From NCBI RefSeq assembly GCF_001194135.2, contig NC_068984.1, positions 86,090,677 through 86,135,248 of the forward strand: a DNA stretch of 44,572 bases, written 5' to 3'. This document shows positions 10,011 through 22,539 of the stretch, in pieces (position 1 is the stretch's first letter; the number at the start of each line of letters is the position of its first letter). Source of the stretch: Octopus bimaculoides. Its lineage: Eukaryota. Under the pieces are notes generated by a model that was not told the DNA's origin, did no database searches, and was given only the letters and a program-made list of their open reading frames with translations. Position numbers and translations under genes: made by a program.

Positions 10011-10427
10011 GTCAATGGCCGAAAGAGAGACACTGGAAAATTGAGAGCTTCAAATGCACCTGAAACGGCAAAAGTTGTGCAGTGTTTAGCAGAACGAAGG
10101 GAGTTATTGCTGCTGCTGTTGTCGTTCAGGTTCAGTTCAAAGCTGATCCAGCAGATACATCAAAATATTCCAGCGATTGCCATCCCATCTTTGTTTTGGA
10201 CATAATCTATCTCAGACTACATTATACATCGTGATTGATCTGGCTGATGTTTCTAAGAGCTCCATGCATAGAATTCCTGTGAGACAGTTAAAGATGTAAC
10301 GAAGAAAGCTGATGACTAGTATCACAGCATATATTCTCGACTATGGGAAGGAAATGGGTGTATATATTAAAATTACTGCTAGTTTATAGCTAATAGTAAC
10401 CTGAATCACAGCACCAGCAGCAGCGGC

Positions 10428-10497
<70 letters not shown>

Positions 10498-10515
10498 ATG
10501 GTGGTGGTGGTGGTG
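10428..10515. repeat. (GTA)n plus (GTG)n microsatellite
   Basis: Directly visible. Confidence 0.95.
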
Positions 10516-11049
10516 AAGTAGAGGACGAGAATGATAAAGAAGGAGGTCAAGGGGAAAAGTGTTAGGAGTAAGGTTATAAAAAGGGGGCAGGATTATGAAG
10601 GTAAGAGGAGAGAGAAAAGAGGAGAAAATTGAGTGAGAAGAAAGAAACGCAAATGGAAAGTAGAAGTGGGAGAAACTGGGAAAGTGAAAAGGGAGAAAGG
10701 GTGCAGTTGTAAGGAAATAAAAGCGGGAAGCGGAAGAGCGAGTAGGCGAAGGAAAAAAGATGACGTCGATGTTCTATATACAATGTAAATTCTCTCGTGT
10801 TTAATGACGTTCCAACGTGAAATCTCTTTCTGTTTAATGATGAAAGAATTTTTAATTAACATGCAATGACCTTGTTCCGCATCAAAACTCCTACGGCCAT
10901 ATTTATCACTCTCAAAACGAACTCTGTAAATTAGAAGATAAGCTCGCGTTGAGTCAAATCCGGTTATGGTTCCGGTTGAAGCTATTGTTTCATTTGTATC
11001 GAGGGTACTCCTACATTCTTAAGTCTTTTTCAGTAAAGAGTTAATCACT

Positions 11050-11355
11050 GGACTTATTAAAAATGCCGTCAGAATGAGAAAGAAGAGAGATGGTGGAGAG
11101 AACCAAGGTGATATAGAAAATGAATTCATCCTTTCAATCCAGTTTATTTGTGAATTCCACAGCACAATCAACCTTTATACAATTTCGAAATATATCTGAT
11201 TTGTTGTTATTTTTGTTATTTAGCACCAGGTCAGCACTAATAAAGCTGTCTAGCCATCTATTTCCTATGTGCAGGGAACCAAGAACCGCATTATCCAGTT
11301 TGTTCTCATCAAAGACGGTGAGTTGTGAGCTGAAAAATTTAACTACCATTTCCAT
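11050..11355 (-). mobile_element. Possible heavily decayed Penelope-like RT fragment
   Basis: RWLDSFISADL...IFRNCIKVDCAVEFTNKLD*KDEFIFY...LLSHSDG has the spacing of the PLE RT RYVDD...I(K/Q)FT.E.E...L.FLD...DG region. Identity is low. A hammerhead-like motif lies 160 bp away. Confidence 0.3.
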
Positions 11356-11505
11356 CTGGTTGATTAACTACGTACGAGTCAATGACTCGGTTACATTTGA
11401 GTAATTAACCTCAGTTAATTTTTGTTTAACGTGTTCAGTTTGTACGTTTACTCACGTACATTGTTATATCATTTACATAGTGATTCATCAACGGCGTAAA
11501 TCTAT

Positions 11506-11547
11506 TCTTTGCTGATGAGGTCTAATATGACCCAAACATGTTTAGAG
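11506..11547 (+). ncRNA. Minimal type I hammerhead-ribozyme-like motif, G12 mutated
   Basis: CTGATGA (11512-11518), stem II GGTC-TAATAT-GACC, CAAA in place of GAAA, palindromic stem III ACATGT, and a weak stem I CTTTG/TAGAG. Confidence 0.55.
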
Positions 11548-11833
11548 TTGTCTCCTATACTCGCTGAATTTATTAGAATAATATTAGTCACTAAGTTTTC
11601 GTTCTCTCTTCCTACGCATATAAATATTTCTAATTATATTTTTAATGCTTGCCATATTAAATACGTACATTAGAAATGAAAATTCGGAGTAATAGTAAAG
11701 GCGTACAGCATCTGACAGTAAGGGAAAATACAGACGTGGAAAATCCCATTTCATCAGCGAACATTCGTCCCAGAATCATTGCAATTTCTGCATTCGGAAA
11801 ACACACACATATACACAAACAGACGCACATGCG

Positions 11834-11835
<2 letters not shown>

Positions 11836-11865
<30 letters not shown>

Positions 11866-11918
11866 TGTATGTATGTATGTATGTACAAATGTGTGACTGT
11901 ATATATACATATACATTT

Positions 11919-11959
<41 letters not shown>
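11836..11959. repeat. (TATG)n and (TG)n microsatellites
   Basis: Directly visible. Confidence 0.95.
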
Positions 11960-11963
<4 letters not shown>

Positions 11964-12427
11964 TGTGACAAGGAGAATGTGTATTTGTCTTTTGTTTTAA
12001 CTATTGATATGCCAATGAAATGATTTGAGTATCTTCAACAACAGGCATATATTTTGTGAAATTAGGGTTCGTTCAGCAAGTCGATTTATACATATTCTCA
12101 AAGAGTTGACATTTTCCGGTGTTGCTGAAATAATACAGAAACAATGTTTTATTTCATATATCATATAATGATATTCCAGCAATAATTCTTCCGGTGAAAC
12201 GTTGGCGGAACAATCATAATATTATGCAATGAAACGAATTGCTCACTCTATTCTCCATGATAACGTTTATATAAACTCCACGGATAGTTACAGATTTTCA
12301 AATATATCGTCAGTGAAACAATCCATTTTCGTTGGTTGATAGCATCTGATAACCGATACCCGTGGACGAGTTTGTAAGGCCCAAGGTTAAAAATCAAATG
12401 GAATATAATATAATATATTGCTTTATT

Positions 12428-12643
12428 GTTTTACAGGTTTCAGTCATTTGACTGCGACCATGCTGGAGCACCGCCTTAAGAGGTTTTAATTGATCAAATC
12501 GACCCCAGGACTTATTTTTTGTTAGCCTAATATTTATTTTGTCGGTGTTTGTTGCCGAACCGCTAAGTTACGGGGGCGCAAACACAAACACAAAGACACA
12601 CACACATAAATATATACGTGTATATATATATATATATATATAT
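12428..12643 (-). mobile_element. SINE family B 3' half; internal microsatellite runs into an assembly gap
   Basis: GTTTCAGTCATTTGACTGCGACCATGCTGGAGCACCGCCTT...GCCGAACCGCTAAGTTACGGGG is the reverse complement of the SINE-B tail. Confidence 0.88.
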
Positions 12644-13756
12644 NNNNNNNNNNNNNNNNNNNNNNNNNNNNNNNNNNNNNNNNNNNNNNNNNNNNNNNNN
12701 NNNNNNNNNNNNNNNNNNNNNNNNNNNNNNNNNNNNNNNNNNNNNNNNNNNNNNNNNNNNNNNNNNNNNNNNNNNNNNNNNNNNNNNNNNNNNNNNNNNN
12801 NNNNNNNNNNNNNNNNNNNNNNNNNNNNNNNNNNNNNNNNNNNNNNNNNNNNNNNNNNNNNNNNNNNNNNNNNNNNNNNNNNNNNNNNNNNNNNNNNNNN
12901 NNNNNNNNNNNNNNNNNNNNNNNNNNNNNNNNNNNNNNNNNNNNNNNNNNNNNNNNNNNNNNNNNNNNNNNNNNNNNNNNNNNNNNNNNNNNNNNNNNNN
13001 NNNNNNNNNNNNNNNNNNNNNNNNNNNNNNNNNNNNNNNNNNNNNNNNNNNNNNNNNNNNNNNNNNNNNNNNNNNNNNNNNNNNNNNNNNNNNNNNNNNN
13101 NNNNNNNNNNNNNNNNNNNNNNNNNAGTTCTTTACCCAAAGAACTGAATGAACCCTAGAAACGATCGTTGGAATATTTTATTTTCTTCTAACATGTAACC
13201 CAAAACCCTTTTTAATGCCTATTATTTTCTCTATACCATATTTTAATTAAAATAAGTTTTTATCCATATTCCATTATTATCATGTTTATATATCCTTATA
13301 TTTATATGTCCATGTATATTTTTAGTATTCATATATTTTCTTATTTTTATATTTTTATATTTCTAATATATCAATATATGTTTCAGCTTGGACAATTTTT
13401 ATTTTTATCTTAATTAATCCGTATTCATATGTTAACTGTAGTTTGCCTGATTTGAACTTTTTCTATTGTATCCATTATACCTATCTAACGCCTCAGGTTC
13501 GACTTGAGCATTCTTACGCTGTCTGTGTTTCGAAAGAAAATTATAACTATGTGTGTGTGTGTGTGTGTGTCCTAGCCATGACTTTCGGAGCTTCTGAGAT
13601 CGGTACGAGAAATATGGTATTGGTACCGAAAACCAAATACGAATTTCATAGTTGCAAAACAACTTTCGTAACGAAACTGCTGTAAACCCAAATATGAAAG
13701 CCATTTTATTAACAAGATAATCTCTGCAAGCATCTTTCATTAAAAAAAAAACATCT

Positions 13757-14099
13757 TTTATTCGTTTCAGTCATTAGACTGCGGCCATGCTATAGCACCA
13801 CTTTGGAGGGTTTAGAGACGAACAAATTAGTCTCGGTATTTATTTTTAAACCTCGGTCCCTTTTGCCAAATCACTAAATAGTGGGAATGTGAACGAACCC
13901 GAGTTAAACGGTTTCGGGACACACACACACACACGTTGGGCTTCAACACAGTTTCCGTCTACCACATTCACTCACAAAACATTGGTTGCTCTGAGGCTAT
14001 AGTAGAAGACACTTGCTCAAGGTGCCGCGCAGTGGGATTGAACCTTACACCGCGTGGTTACAAAGCGAGCTTCTTAAGTGCATAACCATGTCTGCTCCT
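13757..14099 (-). mobile_element. SINE family B, full length, diverged
   Basis: The tail reverse complement lies at 13757-13800. The head reverse complement TTTCCGTCTACCACATTCACTCAC...AGAAGACACTTGCTCAAGGTGCCGCGCAGTGGGATTGAACC lies at 13950-14045. Confidence 0.85.
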
Positions 14100-14256
14100 A
14101 TATAATAAGTATGATAAATATTTATTGACATTTTTGCGTACGTCATTCAGTACAGATTCATCTTGCTTGCAAGATGAATATGAGCTCAATGACGTAGGCA
14201 AAATATTTTTAATCAATTGAAATTTCCTAATTAGGTGGAGATACAATACACACACA

Positions 14257-14293
<37 letters not shown>

Positions 14294-14430
14294 NNNNNNN
14301 NNNNNNNNNNNNNNNNNNNNNNNNNNNNNNNNNNNNNNNNNNNNNNNNNNNNNNNNNNNNNNNNNNNNNNNNNNNNNNNNNNNNNNNNNNNNNATATATA
14401 CATACATACATACACACACACACTTATATG

Positions 14431-15033
14431 TCATTATTCAGTTTATTTCACGATTTCTTGCCAATAGAGTAAGCACCAGTTTCTAACCAAGATCGAAGGC
14501 TCCTTCATTGGAATTTCAATATCAGCATCAGGGTATTTTTGTATGTATGTATATATGTATGTATGTATGTACTTTCTCTTTTTAATTTTGGAGTAATTTT
14601 AGAGTAAAGTTTGTATGTATGCTGTTTCTCCGATAATAATAGGTATGAAGCTGAAAGTGTATCTTCGGTATTGGACTTGCAAACTCCTTATCAACGGTCC
14701 ACAGATGTCCTCTTTTGTATTTTTCTAACCACATTCGTGTCGAGAGGGGAGCTGATTTCCACAACAGAATATATCTTTCTCTGTAGTCTTACACAACGAT
14801 ATCCGGCTGGTTGTGTTTAAACTGGCTGTTTTAATTTTTGAGTTCCACCAATATTCTTTTGACCCATCAATCACAATATGGTTAATTTCGTTTGTAGGTA
14901 TTCTATTTTTTGTCATCCTGTTCAGGACGTTTTTGGCCACTGCTTTATGCCTGATGAAAATATATCTGGAAGACATTCTCTCACAGTTGGCAATAATGTG
15001 GTTGATGTCTTCAGTCTTGGTCTTGCAAAGCCT
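14431..15033 (-). mobile_element. R4/Dong-clade (restriction-like endonuclease) non-LTR retrotransposon, 5'-truncated 3' end
   Basis: The minus strand gives RLCKTKTEDINHIIANC (CCHC remnant), RH(K) and EYWWNSKIKT. After frameshifts it gives KHNQPDIVV (PD at 14801-14806), SVVEISSPLD and FSFIPIIIG, followed by a 3' UTR ending AAATAAACTGAATAATGA. Confidence 0.82.
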
Positions 15034-15071
15034 ATGTTTGTATGTATGTATGTACATATGTATGTATGTAC

Positions 15072-15102
<31 letters not shown>

Positions 15103-15260
15103 TGTATGTATGTATGTTTGTATGTATGTATGTATGCATGTATGTATGTATGTGTGTGTGTATGTATGTGTGTGTATGTATGTATGTATGCATGCATGTA
15201 TGTATGTGTGTGTATGTATGTATGTATGTATGTATGTGTGTGTGTGCGTGCGTGTGTGCG
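15034..15260. repeat. Compound (TATG)n/(TG)n microsatellite
   Basis: Directly visible. Confidence 0.95.
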
Positions 15261-15689
15261 TTTTATGTGTTTAAGGAAAAAGTATGTTTTGAAGTATGAA
15301 ATGATATTCATTTGCCTGTAAATTGCACAATACGATAATCCTCTTCAACACTCATTCCGAGCATGCCTATTCATTTGCCCAGAGTGGTTCGGTTGGCTAG
15401 TTGGTTGGTTGGTTGGTTGGTAGCATGAATTTGAGGGTAGACTAGCTACCATTAATGCAGTGGGGAGGTGAATGATGGTTGGAGTACGGAAGTAGATGTT
15501 GAAAGAGTGGTTAAAGAAAAGAAAGATGAGATGCGCATTAAGAAGTTCCACTGGCCTTCATTGTTAGCCGTTTATGTTAATGATAAAAGGATTTTTGAAT
15601 TACTATACATACATACATACATACATACATGCATACATATATATATACATACACACGGTATATAACACCTGCACAGTCGTCATGCCAAT

Positions 15690-18592
15690 ATTTTTACTAG
15701 ATATTGGAGACCTGTTGCATCACAACAACAAAAACAAAATTTTTTCCCCGAGATACCTTGCTGCATGCAATCAAGCCCTGTACATAGTACTCGTGGAAAC
15801 TCATCTTAGGCCTGATGTAGAGGATGCAGAAGTATACGTACCAAAATATACCATGCTTCAAACGGACAGAAGGGAAAAGTCATGATGGAGTTGCTGTATA
15901 CATGCGTAAGGACCTCACGCTCTAGGTCAAACTGTCATATTCAAATTCAGTACGTGACACTCAAGTTGTATACATAAGAAAACACAATATAGTCATATGC
16001 AATACATATCACCCACCGGATGCTCCAAATCACACGGGCAAGTTTGAAGATTGCCTTACAAGAATAAAAAAAAACTCTCATGAAACATCACGTGAGTGTG
16101 TTTCTTATGGGAGATTTCAACTTCTCCTGTGTCAAATGGCCCGAGGGCCCCATGCTCTCAGGAATGACTTATTGCAAACAAGTACAGGTGGAGTCCCTGC
16201 TCAACCTCGCCGATACATGGACTTAATTGTGCTCCGACCATCCAGAACAAATGACATATTGGATCTCCTGAGCAAAGGACATATTGGATTTCTGCTTCAC
16301 AAACAATATAAACATCGTTCATAATATGAATGTGACGCCGACATCAATTTCGAATCACAACATAATAGTGCTGTCTATGTATGGACCAAAAGTAGCCACA
16401 GACATACAACCTAAAGGAAGCACCCAAAACCTCTCCAGTCTGAACTTCCACAAAGCGGACTGAAAATCGATCCGAAAAGAAATCCTCAGACAGAACTGGT
16501 TGAAATGTCTCTCCACACCAGACATCGACATGAAACTAGAGTAATTCATGTCTGTTATTTAAGCCATATGCTAAAAATATGTCCCAGAGCACAAGGCCAA
16601 CACAAAAAGGAACGAGATTCCAAATCGCTTCAACCAACATCCCAAAAGTAGTGAAAGGTCCCGCCTAAAATCAACACTGATGGACATTAAAAAAGCCTGC
16701 AACAATCCTATGTGAAGGAGAGAGCCGACAAAGAAGCCCGGCTTATAAAAAGCATAAAGTCAAATCCAAAGGCTTTCTTTCGTTATGCCAAAGAAACGGC
16801 TTCAGTACACTGCACAATATGACACATCTCTCACAGACAACCCAAACAGGATCAGTGAAGTACTGAATGACCAGTTCAAAAGTGTCTTTACTACCCCGTT
16901 GTAACACAGACAAGTGAACGAACCAGTGGATTTCTTTGCCTCCTCACCTACAACTAGGGAGGCAGTTACGATAGATTACATCGACATTGGGGAAGAAGAT
17001 ATGATACTAGCCATAGATGAGGTGGACACAAACTCAGCTGTTGGTCCTAATGGTTTCCTGCAATCCACATCAAATACCCTGACAAAATCACTACAGATTT
17101 TCTTCCAGAGTTTTCTGGAAGGAAGGAATAATATTCCCAATCCATAAAGGAGGAAGCAGAGCAGATGCCAAAAATTATAGGCCTATCTCTCTGACTTCAC
17201 ACATCAGCAAAGTCAGAGGGAAACTAATCGTGTTCCTTGAAGAAAATGATTTGCTGAGTGATACCCAGCACGGTTTTCAACCAGGTAGTAGCTGCCCGAC
17301 ACAGCTCCTGCAGCACTATAACTGGGTGTTGAAGCAGTTACTCGACAATTCAAATGTGGACGTAATATACCTTGACTTTGCAAAAGCGTTTGATAAAGTT
17401 GATCATGGTATGATATGCCACAAACTGCGCGATCTTGGTGTAGCTGTAAAACTTGGAGAGTGGTTACATGACTTTCTGAAAGATAGAAGTCAGGCAGTGG
17501 TGGCCAATGGTGCCACCTCAAAGGAAGCACAAATAGTGAGTGGTGTTCCACAGAGCACTATCTTAGAACCACTGCTTTTCATAGTGGCCCTCTCAGATAT
17601 GCCCTCAGCTGCCCGGATAGCCACCCTTGCTCGCTACGCAGACGACACAAAAGTCTCGCAGAAAATACAAAACGCTAGCGATGTTGCACGCTTGCAACAG
17701 GAGTTGGACGCAATTTACAGATGGGCTGAGGATAATAATATGCAGTTTAATGCTGGAAAATTCCAAGCCTTGCGCTACCAGCACCCAAAGTTGAATGAAA
17801 AACATACAGAGTACACTGGCCCAGGCGGGGGGTTACAATCCCAGAAACGAAATCAGTGCGTGACCTGGGTATCAACATGAGTGATGGTACCTCTTTCCAA
17901 GTGAACATTACCAAGATGGCGACAAAGTGCAAACGGCTGGCTGGCTGGATCCTGAGAACCTTCAGAACCGGAGAGAAGGAAACCATAATGGTCCTCTGGA
18001 GGACATTCGTCCTCAGCTTCCTGGACTACTGCTCCCAACTATGGTCACCCAACAGTGTGAAATTAACAGCGGCCCTTGAAGCAATCCAGCGAAGCTACTC
18101 AAAGATGATCATCTCATTGCAACAGCTCAGCTACTGGAAATGGCTGCAACAGCTAAGAATCTGCTCCTTGGAGCGAAGGCAGGAGAGATACGCAGTAACA
18201 TACATCTGGAAGATCCTGGAAGAGATTGTACCAAATTTTGGCATTGAAAGGTACACAAATGCCAGAACGGGGTTACCACTGTACAGTGCCAAAGATCCTA
18301 GCATTGCCGTCGCGATTCAGGACCAGTTACTGCAACGGCATGGGTTTCAAGGACTCACAGCTTTTTAATATTCCCCCAAAAGGCCTGAGGAACCTACACA
18401 GAGTGGATATAGGTGTTTTCAAAACAAAAATGGTGCTCTTCCTGTCGAGAGTCCCAGGTGCACCTACCTCGCGGTAGGGGACAATAATGAGGGCAGTGAC
18501 ATCAAACTCTCTTATTCACTAAATGCCACATATCAACGGAGGATCTCAATATTAGCAGAGTAGCAGAACGGCGGTGCCCTAGCATCGCCGCA

Positions 18593-18593
<1 letters not shown>
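15690..18593 (+). mobile_element. Near full-length ORF2 of a dead CR1/L2-group LINE (APE endonuclease plus RT), multiply disrupted
   Basis: Endonuclease motifs are ETHL, YHPPD, FLMGDFNF (GDFN at 16110-16121) and SNHNII. RT motifs are QHGFQPG, YLDFAKAFDKVDH, SGVPQS and YADDTK (17635-17646). The C-terminus reads RDLG...LDYCSQLWSP...LEAIQR...SLERRQER. Many stops and frameshifts are present. Confidence 0.93.
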
Positions 18594-18627
<34 letters not shown>

Positions 18628-18652
18628 TGTGTGTGTGTGTGGGGGTGTATAT

Positions 18653-18703
<51 letters not shown>

Positions 18704-18706
<3 letters not shown>

Positions 18707-18918
18707 TTGTCTTGGTGTCTGTATGTGTCTCTCACTACCGCTTGGCCACCGGTTTTGGTGTGTTTACATCCCTGTAACTTAGCGCGTTTCTGCAAGAGTG
18801 ATCGATAGAATAATTATAAGTACAGGGATCGAGTCATTCGACTAAAAATTCCAGGCGGTGACACATCATGACCGAAGTCTAATGACTGAAACAAGTAAAG
18901 GATAGAAGATAAAAGATA
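18704..18918 (+). mobile_element. SINE family B 3' half
   Basis: GTGTGTTTACATCCCTGTAACTTAGCG...AGGCGGTGACACATCATGACCGAAGTCTAATGACTGAAACAAGTAAAG. Confidence 0.8.
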
Positions 18919-19340
18919 AGAGATGTATAAATAAAATCTTGGAGTATCGGAATTCCCTAAGCCGCAGCCAACCGACCAAGCAGAACAGTAACTTTGAATA
19001 AGCACAGATACAGGGTACTCTAGTTCTGTCACAGGAACATTTAAATACATATCGTCCATGTTGATAAGTCGTCGTTAATTTGAAGGTATCCAACCGTAAA
19101 ACACGACATAAGATTAGTCAGTTTTCTGTTCATATGTGTGATAAACGTCGAAGAAGGAGAACCAGTGGCAAAAATGGCTGTAAAATAAAATATATATTGT
19201 CATTACCATTCGTCTGTATTACTATGCTTTGCGTATATGACGACTTCGTTACTATGTATGCTCTTAGAATGTGGAGTGGATTTTCTGTTTTTTTTACCGC
19301 GCTACTGACAGAGAAGTTGCCTACGTGAAGAGGTCAAAAT

Positions 19341-19597
19341 TAGTGGTTCTTAATCACTTGTACCTATCAGCCCCTTTGATTCCTATTTTACTTGGGGTGG
19401 GCCCTCATAATCAATCGCTGTTTAAAAAAAAACCTATTATATTTTTATAACTGAATATTATTAGAAATTGCATTAAAAAATTGCTGAAATATTTTGTCTA
19501 TTGCAGAAGTATAACCAATTTTACTGCACATAAATTTTAGTAACAAAATCTTGTATGGATTCCTGAGGGTCATATGGACACCGGTTGAGAACCACTG
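19341..19597. mobile_element. hAT (Charlie-type) MITE
   Basis: The TIRs are TAGTGGTTCTTAA and TTGAGAACCACTG. The 8 bp TSD is GTCAAAAT (19333-19340) versus GTCTAAAT (19598-19605), a 7/8 match resembling the NTCTAGAN target. Confidence 0.85.
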
Positions 19598-19719
19598 GTC
19601 TAAATAATCCTTTATACCCTGTATCAGTTTTGTTTTCTTGACAGGTAACTTGCGATGTAACATGTATGAAGTTCAAATCTCACTCGCACATTCAATTTTG
19701 GCTCGTTTTCTACAGTCTG

Positions 19720-20300
19720 TTGCTTTTCGATTCATACATAACTTTGAATAGCATACTGGGTACATTTTATCGTGCCATCAACATTAGAGATGTTGATTCG
19801 TTGAAGAAAGACCGAAAGAGTCCTCACTATCGAGTATTAATTCTTATTTGGAATTACTGTTCTCTTAAAAGGCGAAGCAATTTACGAAATCCACATCTCG
19901 TTTTAGTGTTCCATCGATGTAGGACCTCTAAAAGGTTACCGCTATCGTATATTCAAAGATAGTAATCTGACGGGTAGGTACTTTACGATGTATGGGACTG
20001 TCCCTTTCAAACGTAACAGTATTACAGAGGTTAAGTGTCAGATTTCGCAAACTTATTAGCTTTTGTTGTAGCATACAGTCAAAATCTTGTAGCTGGAGGT
20101 CATTATCTGGAGTTACAGCCATCCTACAGGGACTACGTTAGCAGTAAATTTGGGTCTGTACGGGAGCTCTCAATGTCGGGATAAGGTTGTCGCTGCTATG
20201 TAGGTCGGGACATAGGTGTTAATGTAACTTCTGTGTCGGTTGGGTTTGATGCTTTCTACATGGAGTGTATTTAGAGGGTGGAGCAATAGTTAACAGGACA
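19720..20300 (-). mobile_element. Possible very old Penelope-like RT remnant
   Basis: Frameshifted minus-strand peptides EDSF and VFLQRINISNVDGTIKCTQYAIQS loosely resemble the PLE RT KDSF.F...I...N.....MCSFDV.SL region. The similarity is weak. Confidence 0.2.
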
Positions 20301-21020
20301 ACTTATTATCTTTGACAAACTTGCGTCGTTAGATATCAAAGTAATTTATCGACCCAGACTGGTGGCGGCTGGGTGAATAAACTAGCTACCAAATTTTATA
20401 GGCTAAAATAGTACTTTGTCCTCAAGAATTGAATTAAGAGGGGATAGTTATTGAGGCCAACATTAGTAATCACACGACGTGTTAAATATAGATAAGCATA
20501 CAGAGGAAGGGTGTTCGCAGTGATAGTCTCAGAACAACGTCACGATACGGTGAGCTTAGTGTGGACTGAGCGTCGAATATCTTAGGGAGTGCTAGCAAAC
20601 CAAGTATCTTAGACACAGGGAAAGATTCAACTTGTGATGTAAGTAGGCAGGGAGGATCTCATACACCTACGTTTATAAATTTTATTTTACATCAATTTTT
20701 CGGTGTTTGCACTTAATTTGTTGTATCAGTTATATATTCAATTTTTCCTTCCTACAACCAACCAGCAGTGAAATGGGAACGGTGCCCGGTTTTCTTTTGT
20801 TTCAGCCATCTAGAAATGTTGAAATACATGGTTTTTCTCGAGCTCATGACAATATCGAGTAGCGAGATCTAAGAGTGGAATAGCAGTCGCTCTATGGTGC
20901 AATCGGTACGGATCATCTGTCAACCAAGAAATATTTGGTTAGTGTCACGTCATACAATCGGTTCTCTATTTTCTGTCCCAAATTAGTATTAATATCATCT
21001 ATATTAAAACACTAGTCAGT

Positions 21021-21470
21021 GAGTTCAGTCCCACTGTGTGGTACCTTAGGCAACTGTCTTCTACTATAATCTCGAGCCGACTAAAGCCTTATGAGTGGAT
21101 TTGGTAGACGGAAACTGAAAGAAGCCCATTGTGTGTGTATGTGTGTATATATATANNNNNNNNNNNNNNNNNNNNNNNNNNNNNNNNNNNNNNNNNNNNN
21201 NNNNNNNNNNNNNNNNNNNNNNNNNNNNNNNNNNNNNNNNNNNNNNNNNNNNNNNNNNNNNNNNNNNNNNNNNNNNNNNNNNNNNNNNNNNNNNNNNNNN
21301 NNNNNATATATGTGTGTGTTTGTCTCATTGGCAACGCTTCACAACCAGTGTTGACCGATAGAATAAATACCAGGTTTGAAAAAAAAATAAGTACTGAGTT
21401 CGATTCATCTGACTAAAAATTCTTCAAGGCGGTGCCCTAGTGTGGCCGCAGACTGGAACAAGTAAAAGAC
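21021..21470 (+). mobile_element. SINE family B spanning an N-gap at its internal microsatellite
   Basis: The head (GAGTTCAGTCCCACTGTGTGG...GACGGAAACTGAAAGAAGCCC) precedes gap 21156-21305. The tail (AAGGCGGTGCCCTAGTGTGGCCGCAG...ACAAGTAAAAGA) follows it. Confidence 0.88.
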
Positions 21471-22276
21471 AAAAGAAAGATAAAAGAGTAAACCTCTCTC
21501 TTGGTTTTGATAATGAGTATTTCATTTTCTTTTATGGACTCTAAATAATGATTGAATTATAATGTAAGTGGCTGGGACTTCCACAAATATTTATACTCTT
21601 AGCAATAGACAGACCCTTCTGTTACAGGTATCGCCTGTTTGATAAACAGTTTGTCAACCCGAATGTACAAAGTAAAACGAAGCTAAGGTAGAACTCAAAA
21701 CTTATCTAAGGCGTTACATGAGTGATTGGGTACCATGATTGCAAAGTGGTGATTATGAGGCACGCTTCTAAAATATTTGGAGTTGTGGGGAGCGTAGTTA
21801 CCCCTTAATTACCATTATTGCCAGGTCCATTCTGACCCAGAACAATGGTACATGTCAGGGTACCATCTATAGATTAAATAAATTTCCCAAGATTAGAAGA
21901 GGCTCCCGTTATTCTTGACAAAAATGTGGGGTGAGGCAACTCTTCTACCCTGGTATGAAACTCGCAGCCAAAATAGTACCAGTCATCTTGCTATGCTTGT
22001 CACTGGAACCTACTATGGCAACCGAGAAAAGCAAAAGAGCGCACAAACTTTTTTTCACTTAAATCCATTGGCGTACAGATGTCTCACTATCATTTCATTC
22101 TTGATCCGTTTTATATTTTACTGTCCCATGGCGATGGATGCGCTGCCATATTTAAACGCATATCCACACACATGCAAAGATAAAAGTAAAACAAAACATT
22201 CAAGTTGAATGAGAGACGTCTGTCACCTGGCAAGATGAGACAATCATCATCACTATCATAAATAGATACACACACA

Positions 22277-22310
<34 letters not shown>

Positions 22311-22539
22311 GTGTGTGTGCGTTATTTCCATATGTATATTATATACATACACATCATCAGTTTTAGTCCCCATTTCTATGCTTGCATGAAGGAGTTTATT
22401 GAGGCTGATTTTCTACAGTCGGATTCCCTTCCTGTCGCCAATCCTCACCTCTTTCCAAGCAAAGTAATATTTCCCCACTGTCGCCAGGCATGTTTTTGCA
22501 GAATATTACAAATTTATGACACTACTAGTATGACAACGA

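Noticed and set aside
17230-18368. 216 aa and 170 aa RT ORFs as a functional reverse transcriptase gene
   Set aside because: They are fragments of one LINE ORF2 broken by frameshifts and stops. The GVPQG motif is altered to GVPQS.
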